From: Pseudomonas phage LPPA56 | Direction: 5' to 3' (one strand) | Sequence record: OR188718.1 | Length of the DNA stretch: 42,384 bases | Shown here: positions 1 to 9,236 of the stretch, in pieces | Numbering within the stretch: the first letter of the stretch is position 1 | Layout of the letters: each line of letters opens with the position of its first letter | Position numbers and translations under genes: made by a program | Notes under the pieces: generated by a model | Database searches by the model: none | Told to the model about the DNA's origin: nothing | Seen by the model: only the letters and a program-made list of their open reading frames with translations

Positions 1-123
1 TTCAACCCGAGCCGGCAATGGCCACCCGCGGGCGGGGTGTCGCGAAAAGCGGGGCAGTGACGTGCTACTCAAAAAGCCCCGGGGGGCCCCTGAAGCGCCG
101 CCCCCGACAAGGGTGATTCGAAC
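1..123. repeat. 123-bp terminal direct repeat, left copy (genome terminus / circular-assembly overlap)
   Basis: Read directly: nt 1-123 match 42227-42349 with one mismatch (nt 78 c vs 42304 a). Contains overlapping GGGGCCCC/CCCCGGGG palindromes at ~75-92. Confidence 0.85.
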
Positions 124-155
124 CCCGTTCTCGCGCTAGTGGCTGGGCCGGGAAG

Positions 156-210
156 TTAGTTAACAGGGTTAACCGGGTTAACCCCCCTCGGTTCATCGTG
201 GTTAACAGGT
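156..210 (+). promoter_or_regulatory. four GGTTAAC(M)GG direct repeats upstream of terS; putative TerS (Nu1-like) binding sites, cosB-like
   Basis: GTTAAC at 159-164, 168-173, 177-182, 201-206, immediately 5' of the terS start. Analogy to lambda cosB R sites is inference. Confidence 0.45.
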
Positions 211-217
211 ACCGCAC

Positions 218-808
218 ATGGAGTTCATGACCAAGGCAGCGTTCGCGGACCGCCAAGGCTGGTCGCGCGCCTACGTGTCGAAGCTGGTCCGGCAAGGACG
301 CCTCGTCCTCACTGCCGACGGAAAGGTCGACGTCCAGGCGAGCGACGAACTGCTGGCCGCCAGCGCAGACCCGAGCAAGGCTGCCGTGGCCGAGCGGCAC
401 CGGCAGGAGCGGGTGGAGAAGGGCGTGTACGCCCACATAGGCGCAGGTGCAGCCCCGAGCCCGGCCTTACCGGCACCTGGGCAGACCGCACCGCTGCCCG
501 ACTACCAGAAAGCCCGCGCGCGGCGGGAGTACGCCCTGGCTCTGCTGGCAGAAGACGAACACCGCAAGAGCCGTGGCGAGACGGTCGAGCGCGCGCGTGT
601 CGACTCCGCGGCCTTCACCGCTGCTCGCGCTCTGCGCGATCTGCTGATGGGCGTGCCGCCGAAAATCGCCGGCGACCTGGTGACGCTGACCGACCCCTGG
701 GAAATCGAACGCCGCCTGACCCAGGCGCTGCGCCGTGCCTTGGAAGATGCCGACCGCCTCCTGCAGCTCGATGCCGAGATCGAACAAGGGGGCAAGGAGC
801 CGAACTGA
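218..808 (+). CDS. terS: terminase small subunit (Nu1-like HTH N-terminus)
   Basis: 196-aa ORF directly upstream of and nearly abutting terL. N-terminus FADRQGWSRAYVSKLVRQGRL resembles the Nu1 winged-HTH. Alternative ATG at 227. Confidence 0.55.
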   Translation: MEFMTKAAFADRQGWSRAYVSKLVRQGRLVLTADGKVDVQASDELLAASADPSKAAVAERHRQERVEKGVYAHIGAGAAPSPALPAPGQTAPLPDYQKARARREYALALLAEDEHRKSRGETVERARVDSAAFTAARALRDLLMGVPPKIAGDLVTLTDPWEIERRLTQALRRALEDADRLLQLDAEIEQGGKEPN

Positions 809-811
809 ACC

Positions 812-2827
812 ATGGAACAACCGTATGCCGACGGTGCCGCCGTGTACCTGGCGGCATACCGTCGAGGACTGAAGCCTGACCCCGAACTGTGGATCGATGA
901 GTGGGCGGACGAGTTCCAGATGATCCCGGCGGATACGGGGGCGGCCGAGCCGGGCAAGTACCACACCGACCGGACCCCCTATGCGCGCGAGCCGATGCGT
1001 TGCCTGTCGCCGCTGTTCCCAGCCAAGCGCGTGGTGACGATGATCGCCTCGCAGCTGATGAAGACCCAGGTCGCCTTGAACTGGATCGGCGGCTGTATCC
1101 ACATGGCACCGGCCAACATCCTGGTGCTGCTGCCCACCGAGAAGCTGAGCAAGCGGGTATCAGGACGGATCGATAAGACGATCAAGGCCGTGCCTGTGCT
1201 GACCGCGCGCGTTGCCAAGGCCCGCTCGCGCGACTCGCGAAACACGCTCGACACCAAGGAGTTCGAGGGGGGCGCACTGTACTGCGCATCAGCCGGCTCG
1301 GCCTCCAACCTGGCCGAGTTGTCCGCTCGGTACGTGTACGGCGACGAAATCGATCGCTGGGAAATGGACGTCGACGACGACGGCGACCCGGTCAAGCAGG
1401 CCGAGGCGCGCGGTTCGACGTTCGGCCGCCGCGCGAAGTTCTACTACTCCAGCTCGCCCACGCTGAAAGGCGTTTCGCGGATCGCCGACCTCTTCACCCA
1501 GGGCGACCAGCGGCACTACTACGTCCCGTGTCCGCATTGCGGAACGATGCAGGTGCTGGAATGGGAGGGCCTGAAGTACGACCCCGAGTACCGCCTTGTG
1601 CAGTACATGTGCTGCAACGAGGAGTGCGGCGCCCTGATCGAGGAGCACCACAAGGCGGCCATGCTGTCCGCTGGCGAGTGGCGAGCCCATGCCGTCGGTG
1701 ACGGCGAGACCGTCAGTTTCACCCTGAGCGCGCTGTATGCGCCTCCCGGCTGGTTGACCTGGACGGACCTGGCGAAGGAGTACGACGAGGCCAAGCGTCT
1801 ACAGGAGAAGGGCGATCCCGGGTCCATGCAGGTGTTCTACAACACCCGTTTGGCCCGGCTGTGGGACAGCGCCGAGGAAATGACCAAGGCGGACGAGCTG
1901 CGCAAGCGAGCCGAGGCCGAGGGGCATCGGCTGGGTCTGGTACCCGCCGGAGCGCTGCTGCTGACCGCGGCGGTCGATACCCAGCACAACCGCTTGGAAA
2001 TGCTGGTGATGGGCTGGGGCGAGGGCCTGGAGCGCTGGACGGTCGATTTCCAGGTGATCCCCGGCGACCCGACCGACGAGCGTACCTGGGCGCTGCTCGA
2101 CGAGCGCCTGAAGGCTCGATATCGGCACGTCAGCGGTGTGGACCTGGCCATCTGCGCGGTCTGCATCGACTCGGGCGGTCACCATACCCATGAGGTCTAC
2201 CAGTTCACCCGCCTGCGCCGCTGGCGAAACGTGCTGGCGGTGAAGGGGGCGAGCAAGCGCGGCCGCCCAGTGCTGGCCCAGCGGCCGTCCAAGGTCGACG
2301 TCACCTGGCAGGGCACCGTCGAGAAGAGTGGCGCCGAACTATGGATGGTCGGTACCGACACGGCGAAGGACTGGGTCTACAACCGCTACCACCTCAAGGA
2401 TGGCCCCGGGGCGTTGCACTTCTCCGCAGACCTGCCGCCTGACTTCTTCGACCAGTGCGTGGCCGAGCGCAAGGTGGTCCGCTACGTGAAGGGGTTCAAG
2501 CGCACCGACTGGGTCAAGGCCAAGTCGGAGCGAAACGAGGCCCTCGACCTCATCGTGTACAACCTGGCCGCAGCCCACTTCCTCAACCTGCATCGCTATC
2601 ACGCTCCTCAGTGGAGCAGCCTGCGCGCAGCGGTAGGTCAAGGCAGCCTGTTCGCCGACCCAGTCGCCACGGTGCCCAGCGCAGCCGACGAGGCGGACGA
2701 GCATGAGCCGCAGGGCGAGGCGCCAAGCGCCCCAGTGCGGCCGGCACCTCCCGCGCGGAGCGCGAACCCACCATCCCAACCAACTGGCCGGCGTACCTCG
2801 CGCAGCGGGTATCTGAGCCGCCGATAG
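812..2827 (+). CDS. terL: terminase large subunit, lambda GpA-like
   Basis: 671 aa, the size and position of lambda gpA, followed by W-like, portal, protease and capsid genes in lambda order. Confidence 0.85.
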   Translation: MEQPYADGAAVYLAAYRRGLKPDPELWIDEWADEFQMIPADTGAAEPGKYHTDRTPYAREPMRCLSPLFPAKRVVTMIASQLMKTQVALNWIGGCIHMAPANILVLLPTEKLSKRVSGRIDKTIKAVPVLTARVAKARSRDSRNTLDTKEFEGGALYCASAGSASNLAELSARYVYGDEIDRWEMDVDDDGDPVKQAEARGSTFGRRAKFYYSSSPTLKGVSRIADLFTQGDQRHYYVPCPHCGTMQVLEWEGLKYDPEYRLVQYMCCNEECGALIEEHHKAAMLSAGEWRAHAVGDGETVSFTLSALYAPPGWLTWTDLAKEYDEAKRLQEKGDPGSMQVFYNTRLARLWDSAEEMTKADELRKRAEAEGHRLGLVPAGALLLTAAVDTQHNRLEMLVMGWGEGLERWTVDFQVIPGDPTDERTWALLDERLKARYRHVSGVDLAICAVCIDSGGHHTHEVYQFTRLRRWRNVLAVKGASKRGRPVLAQRPSKVDVTWQGTVEKSGAELWMVGTDTAKDWVYNRYHLKDGPGALHFSADLPPDFFDQCVAERKVVRYVKGFKRTDWVKAKSERNEALDLIVYNLAAAHFLNLHRYHAPQWSSLRAAVGQGSLFADPVATVPSAADEADEHEPQGEAPSAPVRPAPPARSANPPSQPTGRRTSRSGYLSRR

Positions 2828-2838
2828 ACGAGGTCAGC

Positions 2839-3063
2839 ATGAGCACAGCGCAGCAGCGCCTGGACGAGGTCCGGGTGGCGATTCAGGACATCCTGAAAAA
2901 AGGGCAGTCGGTGCGCAAGGGAGACCGCCAGGTCGACCGCGCGCAACTGGCGAGTCTGCGCGTTCTGGAGCAGCAGTACGCCGAAGCCGCAGCCCTGGAG
3001 GCGGCTACGAACAACCGGCGCTCGCGCCAGGTTCGCCTCTACAGCGGAGGCAAGGGGATCTGA
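2839..3063 (+). CDS. head-tail joining protein, gpW-like
   Basis: 74 aa between terL and portal as in lambda. Basic, Gln-rich sequence pattern resembles gpW. Confidence 0.55.
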   Translation: MSTAQQRLDEVRVAIQDILKKGQSVRKGDRQVDRAQLASLRVLEQQYAEAAALEAATNNRRSRQVRLYSGGKGI

Positions 3064-4529
3064 TGGCTACCCGATACCGAATCACGTCGAAGCGCATTCG
3101 CAACAGCTACGAGGGCGCTGGCACCGGACGCCGCGCCGCTGGCTGGGACGCGCCCGAGGCGGCGCTGAATGCGGTAGCCATTCCGGCATTGCCGACCCTG
3201 CGCAAGCGCTCGCGAGCGGCGGTGAGGAATGACCCCTACGCCGCGAGCGCGATCAGCAAGCGCGTCAGCAACCTGATCGGCACCGGCATTACGCCGCGCG
3301 CACGTCTGGACGACGCGGTGCTGCGCGAGGCGTTGAACCTGCTGTGGGAGGACTGGGTAGACGAGTCGGACGCGGATGACCGTACCGATTTCTACGGCCT
3401 GCAGATGATCATCGCGCGGATGGTCGAGGAAGCGGGCGAGTGCTTCGTGAGGCGCCGTAACCGGCGGCCGGAGGACGGCCTGGCGGTCCCACTGCAACTG
3501 CAGGTGCTACCGCCTGACTTCGTCCCGGTGGATCGCAATTTCACGACCCGCAGCGGCAACGTGGTGCGCGCGGGAATCGAGTTCGATGCCATCGGCCGCC
3601 GGATTGCCTACTGGATGTGGCAGAGCCATCCCGGCGATCCGGCAGCGCCCCGGCGCGGCTACAACCAGCTCAACCGCATCCCGGCGGACCAGGTGCTGCA
3701 CATCTTCGAGCCGCTGGAGGGTGGCCAGTTGCGCGGTGTGCCGCGCTTGTCGCCGGTTCTCCTGCGGCTGAAGTCGCTGGATAACTACGACGACGCGGTG
3801 CTGTTCAGGCAGGAAGTCTCCAACCTGTTCGCCGGCTTCATCACCAGGCCTCGACAGGATGGGGCGCCGATCTTCGATCCGTCGACCGGGCTGGCACCTG
3901 CGCAGGATCGCGACGGGACGCCGATGGTCGGCCTGGAGCCGGGGACCATGCAGGAACTGTTGGAAGGGGAGGAGGTGGTTTTCTCCGACCCGCCGGACGC
4001 CGGTAACACCTACGTCGACTTCATGCGACAGCAACTGATGGCAGCGGCGGTCGGTGTCGACCTGCCGTATGAGCTACTCACCGGCGACATGGGCGATATC
4101 AGCGACCGCACCTTGCGGGTGCTGCTCAACGAGTTTCGGCGCCGGATCGAACAGGTTCAATTCAGCGTGTACGTCTACCAGCTCTGCCGCCCGGTGCGCG
4201 CGTGGTGGCTGGATACCGCGTACCTCAGCGGAGCAGTCGACCTGCCGGACTATCCGGCGCGGCGACGTGAGTTCCTGCGCACGCGTTGGATCCCGCAGGG
4301 CTGGGCCTACATCCATCCGGTGCAGGACGTCCAGGGCAAGCTGCTGGAGATCGGCGGAGGCCTCGCCAGCCGGAGCGAGCATGCGCTACGCACCGGATAC
4401 GACGCCGAGGTGATCGACCGGGAGAACGCCCAGGACAACGCCCGGGCCGAGAGCCTGAACCTGCACTACACCACCGACACCGGGCAACCGGTGAGAGACC
4501 AAGGGGACACCCATGAAGAAACGCAATGA
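3063..4529 (+). CDS. portal protein (lambda gpB family)
   Basis: 488 aa; position after terL/W; ATGA overlap with W-like gene. Confidence 0.8.
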   Translation: MATRYRITSKRIRNSYEGAGTGRRAAGWDAPEAALNAVAIPALPTLRKRSRAAVRNDPYAASAISKRVSNLIGTGITPRARLDDAVLREALNLLWEDWVDESDADDRTDFYGLQMIIARMVEEAGECFVRRRNRRPEDGLAVPLQLQVLPPDFVPVDRNFTTRSGNVVRAGIEFDAIGRRIAYWMWQSHPGDPAAPRRGYNQLNRIPADQVLHIFEPLEGGQLRGVPRLSPVLLRLKSLDNYDDAVLFRQEVSNLFAGFITRPRQDGAPIFDPSTGLAPAQDRDGTPMVGLEPGTMQELLEGEEVVFSDPPDAGNTYVDFMRQQLMAAAVGVDLPYELLTGDMGDISDRTLRVLLNEFRRRIEQVQFSVYVYQLCRPVRAWWLDTAYLSGAVDLPDYPARRREFLRTRWIPQGWAYIHPVQDVQGKLLEIGGGLASRSEHALRTGYDAEVIDRENAQDNARAESLNLHYTTDTGQPVRDQGDTHEETQ

Positions 4530-5685
4530 ACAGCCCCTGGCGCTGGCCGCCCTGTGGGCGTTGCTGGGCGTAGGCACGCTCGCCGATCCGCGCATCCAGA
4601 ACAAGGCGCAGGGCGCGCCGGATCTGCAGGCCGAGCACTGGTACAGCGTCAAGGCGCTGAGCGCTGAGGGTGCCGGCTCGGTCGCCTCCATCGAGATCTA
4701 TATCTACGGCGAAATCGGCTTTTGGGGCATCACCTCCGCGGATTTCATCCGCGACCTGAAAGCAGTCGACGACGGCACCTCTCCGGTACTGGTTCACTTC
4801 GACACCATCGGCGGCGACCTCTTCGACGGCATCGCCATCCACAACGCGCTCCGGGCCCTGGGCGAACGCTGCACCGCCCGGATCGACGGGGCCTGCTTCA
4901 GCGCGGGCAGTGTCGCGGCCTGCGGCGCGCACCGGGTCGAAATGGCCGACAACGCGCTGTTCATGATCCACAACCCCTGGACCTTCGCGGCAGGCGACAG
5001 CGAAGACCTGCGCAAGGTCGCCGACATGATGGACCAGGCGTTCGAGGGCATCGTGGCGAGCTACCAGCATCGGCCGCTGAATGTCGACGACGCCGAACTG
5101 CGCCGGATGATCGACGACGAAACCTGGCTCACCGCGCCCGAGGCGAAGGACAAGGGGTTCGTGGACGAGGTGCTCGGCGCGGCCGAGCCGGTCGGCGTGA
5201 ATGCACGCCTGGGCAAGGTGCTGAATCGCTATCGCAACACGCCTGACGCGGCGCGCCGGCTGCTGGCCAGCCAGGAGCCAGCGGGTGACCTCCCCCCGAC
5301 GTCGGCCGAACTGGCTGCGGAGCTGACGGCGGACTGCGCCCAGGCCGGTCTGGCCGACTGCGCGGCGTATCTGATCAAGGCCTCGGGCCTGAAGGATCGC
5401 GAGACTGTGCGCGGGGCCTTGGACCGGGCGAAGGCCGTCCGGTCGGTATGCCTCGTCGCGAAAATGCCCAATGAGGCCAAGGCGCTCATCGAGGAGGGCC
5501 TGGATGCCGACGGCGCCCGTCTGCGGCTGTACGACAAGATCGTAGCGCGCAGCACCCAGGTGGAGATCGACAACCGCGTGCCGACGGACGATCTGCCGCA
5601 GAACAAGGCTTACCAACCCCCGGCGCCGAGCGACGTGTACGCGAAGCGCCGGCTCAATGCCTCGAAAGGAGGAAAGCAAGCATGA
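4513..5685 (+). CDS. prohead protease (S49/ClpP-like, gpC-like), possibly with C-terminal scaffold
   Basis: Motifs IYIYGEIG...FDTIGGDLFDG...CFSAGSVAA...FMIHNPW are typical of the S49/ClpP serine protease fold. Position after portal. Confidence 0.75.
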   Translation: MKKRNEQPLALAALWALLGVGTLADPRIQNKAQGAPDLQAEHWYSVKALSAEGAGSVASIEIYIYGEIGFWGITSADFIRDLKAVDDGTSPVLVHFDTIGGDLFDGIAIHNALRALGERCTARIDGACFSAGSVAACGAHRVEMADNALFMIHNPWTFAAGDSEDLRKVADMMDQAFEGIVASYQHRPLNVDDAELRRMIDDETWLTAPEAKDKGFVDEVLGAAEPVGVNARLGKVLNRYRNTPDAARRLLASQEPAGDLPPTSAELAAELTADCAQAGLADCAAYLIKASGLKDRETVRGALDRAKAVRSVCLVAKMPNEAKALIEEGLDADGARLRLYDKIVARSTQVEIDNRVPTDDLPQNKAYQPPAPSDVYAKRRLNASKGGKQA

Positions 5686-6317
5686 CCATCAAGACCGAAG
5701 GCGTTCACGCCGGAGAGTTCCTCCTGTCGGAGGCCAACGGCTCGCGCAGCCGCGAAAACATCGTCATCACCGCCGGCTCCGGCCGGCTGGTGGCGGGTAC
5801 CTTGATCGCCCCCATCACCGCCGCCAATGCGCTGACCGCAACCGCGGCGGCAGGGAACACCGGCGACGGCACCGTCGGTGCCACCGTGGTGACCAGCGCC
5901 GCCATCAGCGGCACCTACGTGCTGGAAATCACCGAGGCCGGAGCCAATGGCGGCAAGTTCGAGGTGGTCGACCCGCAGGGACGCCAGGTGGGCACTGGTC
6001 AAGTCGGCCAGGCGTTCACCGGCGGCGGAATCGGCTTCACCCTTTCCGACGGGGCCACCGACTTCGTGGTGGGTGATCGCTTCACCCTGCAGGTGTTGGC
6101 AGGGCTCGGCGAGTGGACGCCCTACGACGACGACGGTGCCGATGACGGCCGTCGCGCGGCTGGCGGCATTCTGTTCGGTCCAGTGGACGCCACGGATGCC
6201 GACGTCAAGGCGGTGGCCGTAGTCCGTGATGCCGAAGTGATCGCCAGCCTGCTGACCGGCCTGGATGCCGCCGGTGAGGCCGACCTCAAGGCGCTGGGCC
6301 TCATCCTTCGCACCTGA
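5682..6317 (+). CDS. head decoration / scaffold-like protein
   Basis: 211 aa, Gly/Ala-rich, between protease and major capsid, where lambda has Nu3/D. Confidence 0.4.
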   Translation: MTIKTEGVHAGEFLLSEANGSRSRENIVITAGSGRLVAGTLIAPITAANALTATAAAGNTGDGTVGATVVTSAAISGTYVLEITEAGANGGKFEVVDPQGRQVGTGQVGQAFTGGGIGFTLSDGATDFVVGDRFTLQVLAGLGEWTPYDDDGADDGRRAAGGILFGPVDATDADVKAVAVVRDAEVIASLLTGLDAAGEADLKALGLILRT

Positions 6318-6345
6318 CCCTCCTCCGTCCCTCAACCACCTCAAG

Positions 6346-6366
6346 CCCCGCCTGCGCGGGGTTTTT
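6346..6366 (+). terminator. intrinsic terminator/attenuator hairpin (CCCCGCctgcGCGGGG + T5) 20 nt upstream of capsid start
   Basis: 6-bp GC stem, 4-nt loop and T-run read directly. Followed by CATTTCTGGAG then ATG 6385. Confidence 0.5.
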
Positions 6367-6384
6367 CATTTCTGGAGTATCCAC

Positions 6385-7383
6385 ATGGCTGAAATCAGCA
6401 TTTTCGAAGATGAGGCGTTCTCGGTGGAGGCGCTGCTGGCGGTGATCAACACCGATCACCCGGTGCCGGGGCAACTCGCCGCGCTGGGCCTGTTCGAGGA
6501 ACAGGGTGTGTCCTCGCTGGTGGTGCAGATCGAAAAAGACGGCACCACGCTGCAACTGGTGGAGGCGAAAGCCCGCGGCGGCGTAGGCCAGGTCGTGACC
6601 GGTGACAAGCGTCAACTGGTCCCCTTCAACACCGTTCACCTGCCGCAGACGTTCCAGATCCTCGCCGATGAAATCCAGGGCATCCGTGCGGTGGGTAGCC
6701 GGACCGAGCTGCAGTCCGCCGAGGCGGTCGTGGCCAAGCGCCTGGAAAAAGCGCGCCGCCAGTTGGACCTGACCCACGAGTATCAGCGCATCGGCGCCAT
6801 CAAGGGCAAGATTCTTGATGCCGACGGTTCGACGGTACTGCTGGATATCTACCAGGCCTTCGGACTGAGGAAGCCCAAGCCGCGATCGCTCGAACTGGGT
6901 AACCCCGAGGGTGATCTGAGCGGCATTCTTGCCGACCTACTCGACGAGCAGGACGACGCGCTGGGCAACGTCACCAGCACCGGTTCGCGAGCGTTCTGTG
7001 GCAAGAACTTCTGGGCCAAGTTCATCGATCACCCCAAAGTGCGCGGCACTTACCTGAACACTCTGCAGGCGGCGCAACTGCGGGGTGACCGTCGCCAGTC
7101 GTTCGAGTTCGGCGGCGTGGTCTGGGAGCGCTATCGCGGCAAGCATGACGGGGAGCCGTTCGTGGACGATGGCAGTGCCCAACTGGTCCCGGAGGGGGTT
7201 CCGGACCTGTTCATCAGCGCCTTTGCGCCGGCGGACTACATGGAGGTCGTCAACACCGAAGGCCTGCCGTACTACGCCAAGCTTGAGCGTCTGCCCTTCG
7301 ACAAAGGCGTGGCTGGGGAAGCGCAATCGAACCCGCTGCACCTGTGCACTCGCCCGTTGGCGGTGCGCGAACTGACCCTCTGA
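6385..7383 (+). CDS. major capsid protein, lambda gpE-like
   Basis: 332 aa from ATG 6385 (GGAG RBS). ORF track starts earlier at 6265, but that extension overlaps the terminator hairpin. Size and position match gpE. Confidence 0.75.
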   Translation: MAEISIFEDEAFSVEALLAVINTDHPVPGQLAALGLFEEQGVSSLVVQIEKDGTTLQLVEAKARGGVGQVVTGDKRQLVPFNTVHLPQTFQILADEIQGIRAVGSRTELQSAEAVVAKRLEKARRQLDLTHEYQRIGAIKGKILDADGSTVLLDIYQAFGLRKPKPRSLELGNPEGDLSGILADLLDEQDDALGNVTSTGSRAFCGKNFWAKFIDHPKVRGTYLNTLQAAQLRGDRRQSFEFGGVVWERYRGKHDGEPFVDDGSAQLVPEGVPDLFISAFAPADYMEVVNTEGLPYYAKLERLPFDKGVAGEAQSNPLHLCTRPLAVRELTL

Positions 7384-7697
7384 CCGTGGCGGGTTTCTCT
7401 GAACTGGTCGCCGACATGGACGAGATCATCGCCGACGTCCTCGGCGATGGTGAGTTTGGCTACCTGGACCGCTCTGGCCGGCAGGTCGGCAATGCTGCGG
7501 TGATCGTTGAGGAAGGTGTTGAGCGCATGGAGGCCGGCGCCCTGGATCGCTACCGGACCATTGCGTGCCGCAAGGCCGAGTTGCAGCCCCTTGATCGCAA
7601 GGGAGCTTTCCTCGATTCCGATGGCCAGGTCTGGCGCATCGACGGCATCCATGCCGACGACGGCGACTGGATCACTTTCTACGTGGTGCCCGAATGA
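7344..7697 (+). CDS. head-tail connector protein (start uncertain: ATG 7344, GTG 7387 or ATG 7416)
   Basis: ORF directly after capsid gene; small acidic protein typical of FI/FII-like connectors. Confidence 0.4.
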   Translation: MHSPVGGARTDPLTVAGFSELVADMDEIIADVLGDGEFGYLDRSGRQVGNAAVIVEEGVERMEAGALDRYRTIACRKAELQPLDRKGAFLDSDGQVWRIDGIHADDGDWITFYVVPE

Positions 7698-8131
7698 GCG
7701 ATGTGATCAATGTACAGGCCGCGGTCATCGGCCAGTTGCTGGACCTGCTCGCCGCGGTTCCGGTGTTCGGCGATACCGTCCGTGAGGACTGGGTGGCCGG
7801 GGTGCTCGACGCCGAAGACAGCGACGAGCCCGAACGGCTGATCATCCTGCAGGAAGGGGACACCGTGGAACGAGACCGGTCGCCGGGCAGTGTCGTGGAG
7901 GAGTGGACCGTGAACATCGTCCCGATGGCGCGCGGCAGGGACGCCGCCCAGGCGTTGCGCGAGGCGCGCCTGGCGATCAAGCGGGTGCTCAAGGGCCACA
8001 AGGCCGGGCTGACGGTGCCCGGCCTGGTGCGTGTCGATTTTCCGGCATCCGCTGTGCGCCTGCCCGAGCCCGGCCGGCGCTGGGCCTATCGAGCCATCCC
8101 TCTGCAGGTCAGCTACTCGCAGCAGTTGTAA
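7694..8131 (+). CDS. head-tail adaptor / tail completion protein
   Basis: 145 aa, ATGA-coupled to the upstream gene, within the connector module. Confidence 0.4.
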   Translation: MSDVINVQAAVIGQLLDLLAAVPVFGDTVREDWVAGVLDAEDSDEPERLIILQEGDTVERDRSPGSVVEEWTVNIVPMARGRDAAQALREARLAIKRVLKGHKAGLTVPGLVRVDFPASAVRLPEPGRRWAYRAIPLQVSYSQQL

Positions 8132-8142
8132 CCCATCCACCA

Positions 8143-8170
8143 GGCCGCCTCCGGGCGGCCTCTTCATTTC
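8143..8170 (+). terminator. hairpin GGCCGCCtccgGGCGGCC followed by TCTTCATTTCCGGAGG, then gene start 8182
   Basis: 7-bp GC stem and T-rich tail read directly; same element family as 6346, 9196, 12924, 20401, 40744. Confidence 0.45.
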
Positions 8171-8181
8171 CGGAGGGCTCC

Positions 8182-8385
8182 ATGCCCGAGATCATCGTTA
8201 CCAGGCCGTTCAACTACCGCGAGGGGCTCGACGCGACCCACTACCCGGCGTCGAAGGGCGCCATCAGCGTTACCGCCGCCGTAGCTGCCCATGCCCTGGG
8301 CAAGGGCTACGCCACCGATGCCAAGGCCAAGGCGCCGCCGATTCCGGCAGCCTCCGCCGAACCGACCGGTGGCGACCACAAGTAA
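8182..8385 (+). CDS. small hypothetical structural-module protein
   Basis: 67 aa from ATG 8182 with GGAGGG RBS (internal start of the 7903..8385 ORF). Confidence 0.35.
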   Translation: MPEIIVTRPFNYREGLDATHYPASKGAISVTAAVAAHALGKGYATDAKAKAPPIPAASAEPTGGDHK

Positions 8386-8412
8386 CCCACCCGAACCCAT
8401 CAGGAGAGCCCC

Positions 8413-9165
8413 ATGCTCCAGACCATCGACCGCTCGTTCATCGGCGAGGGCATCATCCATGCCCGCCTGTACGGGTCGCAGGAACCGTTCCTGCCGCTCG
8501 GCAACTGCGACACCTTCAACATCAGCTTCGCCACCGACCGCAAGACGCTGCCCAACTACATGGGAGGCGGCGGCAACAGTAACGTCCGCGAGCGCGTCAC
8601 CGACGTGACGTCCTCCATCGGTATGTTCGACCTGACTGCCGAGAATGTCGCCCTGGTGACGCGCTCCACCATCCAGGTGGCGCCCACCGCCGCAATCACC
8701 GACGAGGCGCATACCTCTCAGGGGGTTGCGCTGGAGTTGATCCCGTTCAAGTACCTGCCGGACCTGACCAAGCCCGTGACGGTCAAGACCGCAGGGGACG
8801 TCGAGGTGGCCCCGGGCACGGACTACCTGCTGGTACCCCACGGCATCCAGGTGCTGAGCGGCGGCAAGATCGATGCAACCGGCATCAAGGTCAGCTACAC
8901 ACCGCGCCCGAGCCGGGCGGTGCATATGCTCAACGGCTCGCAGAAGGAACTGGAGCTGTTCATCGCTGGCCTGAACGACGCGCAGTCGGGCGAGCCGTTC
9001 GCGCTGCGCCCTCGCCGCGTCAAGTTCGGCCTCCTGCAGGAGCTGGCGGTGTTGGGCCAGGAATACGCCAAGCTCACCGGCCCAGCGGAACTGCTCGCAG
9101 ATTCGCGCGTGACCGCGACCGACATTTCCAAGTTCTGCCAGATGGATCTCGCGCAGGCGGCCTGA
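8413..9165 (+). CDS. major tail protein (gpV-like by position and size)
   Basis: 250 aa immediately before the tape-measure gene, followed by a strong terminator. Confidence 0.5.
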   Translation: MLQTIDRSFIGEGIIHARLYGSQEPFLPLGNCDTFNISFATDRKTLPNYMGGGGNSNVRERVTDVTSSIGMFDLTAENVALVTRSTIQVAPTAAITDEAHTSQGVALELIPFKYLPDLTKPVTVKTAGDVEVAPGTDYLLVPHGIQVLSGGKIDATGIKVSYTPRPSRAVHMLNGSQKELELFIAGLNDAQSGEPFALRPRRVKFGLLQELAVLGQEYAKLTGPAELLADSRVTATDISKFCQMDLAQAA

Positions 9166-9195
9166 TCGCCGAGCCAGGGATGGCCCCATGACCAC

Positions 9196-9223
9196 AGCCC
9201 GCCGTTTGGCGGGCTTTTTTTTG
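9196..9223 (+). terminator. intrinsic terminator AGCCCGCCgtttGGCGGGCT + T8 between major tail and tape-measure genes
   Basis: 8-bp stem, 4-nt loop and 8 T's read directly. Confidence 0.6.
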
Positions 9224-9236
9224 CCAGAGGATTGCC

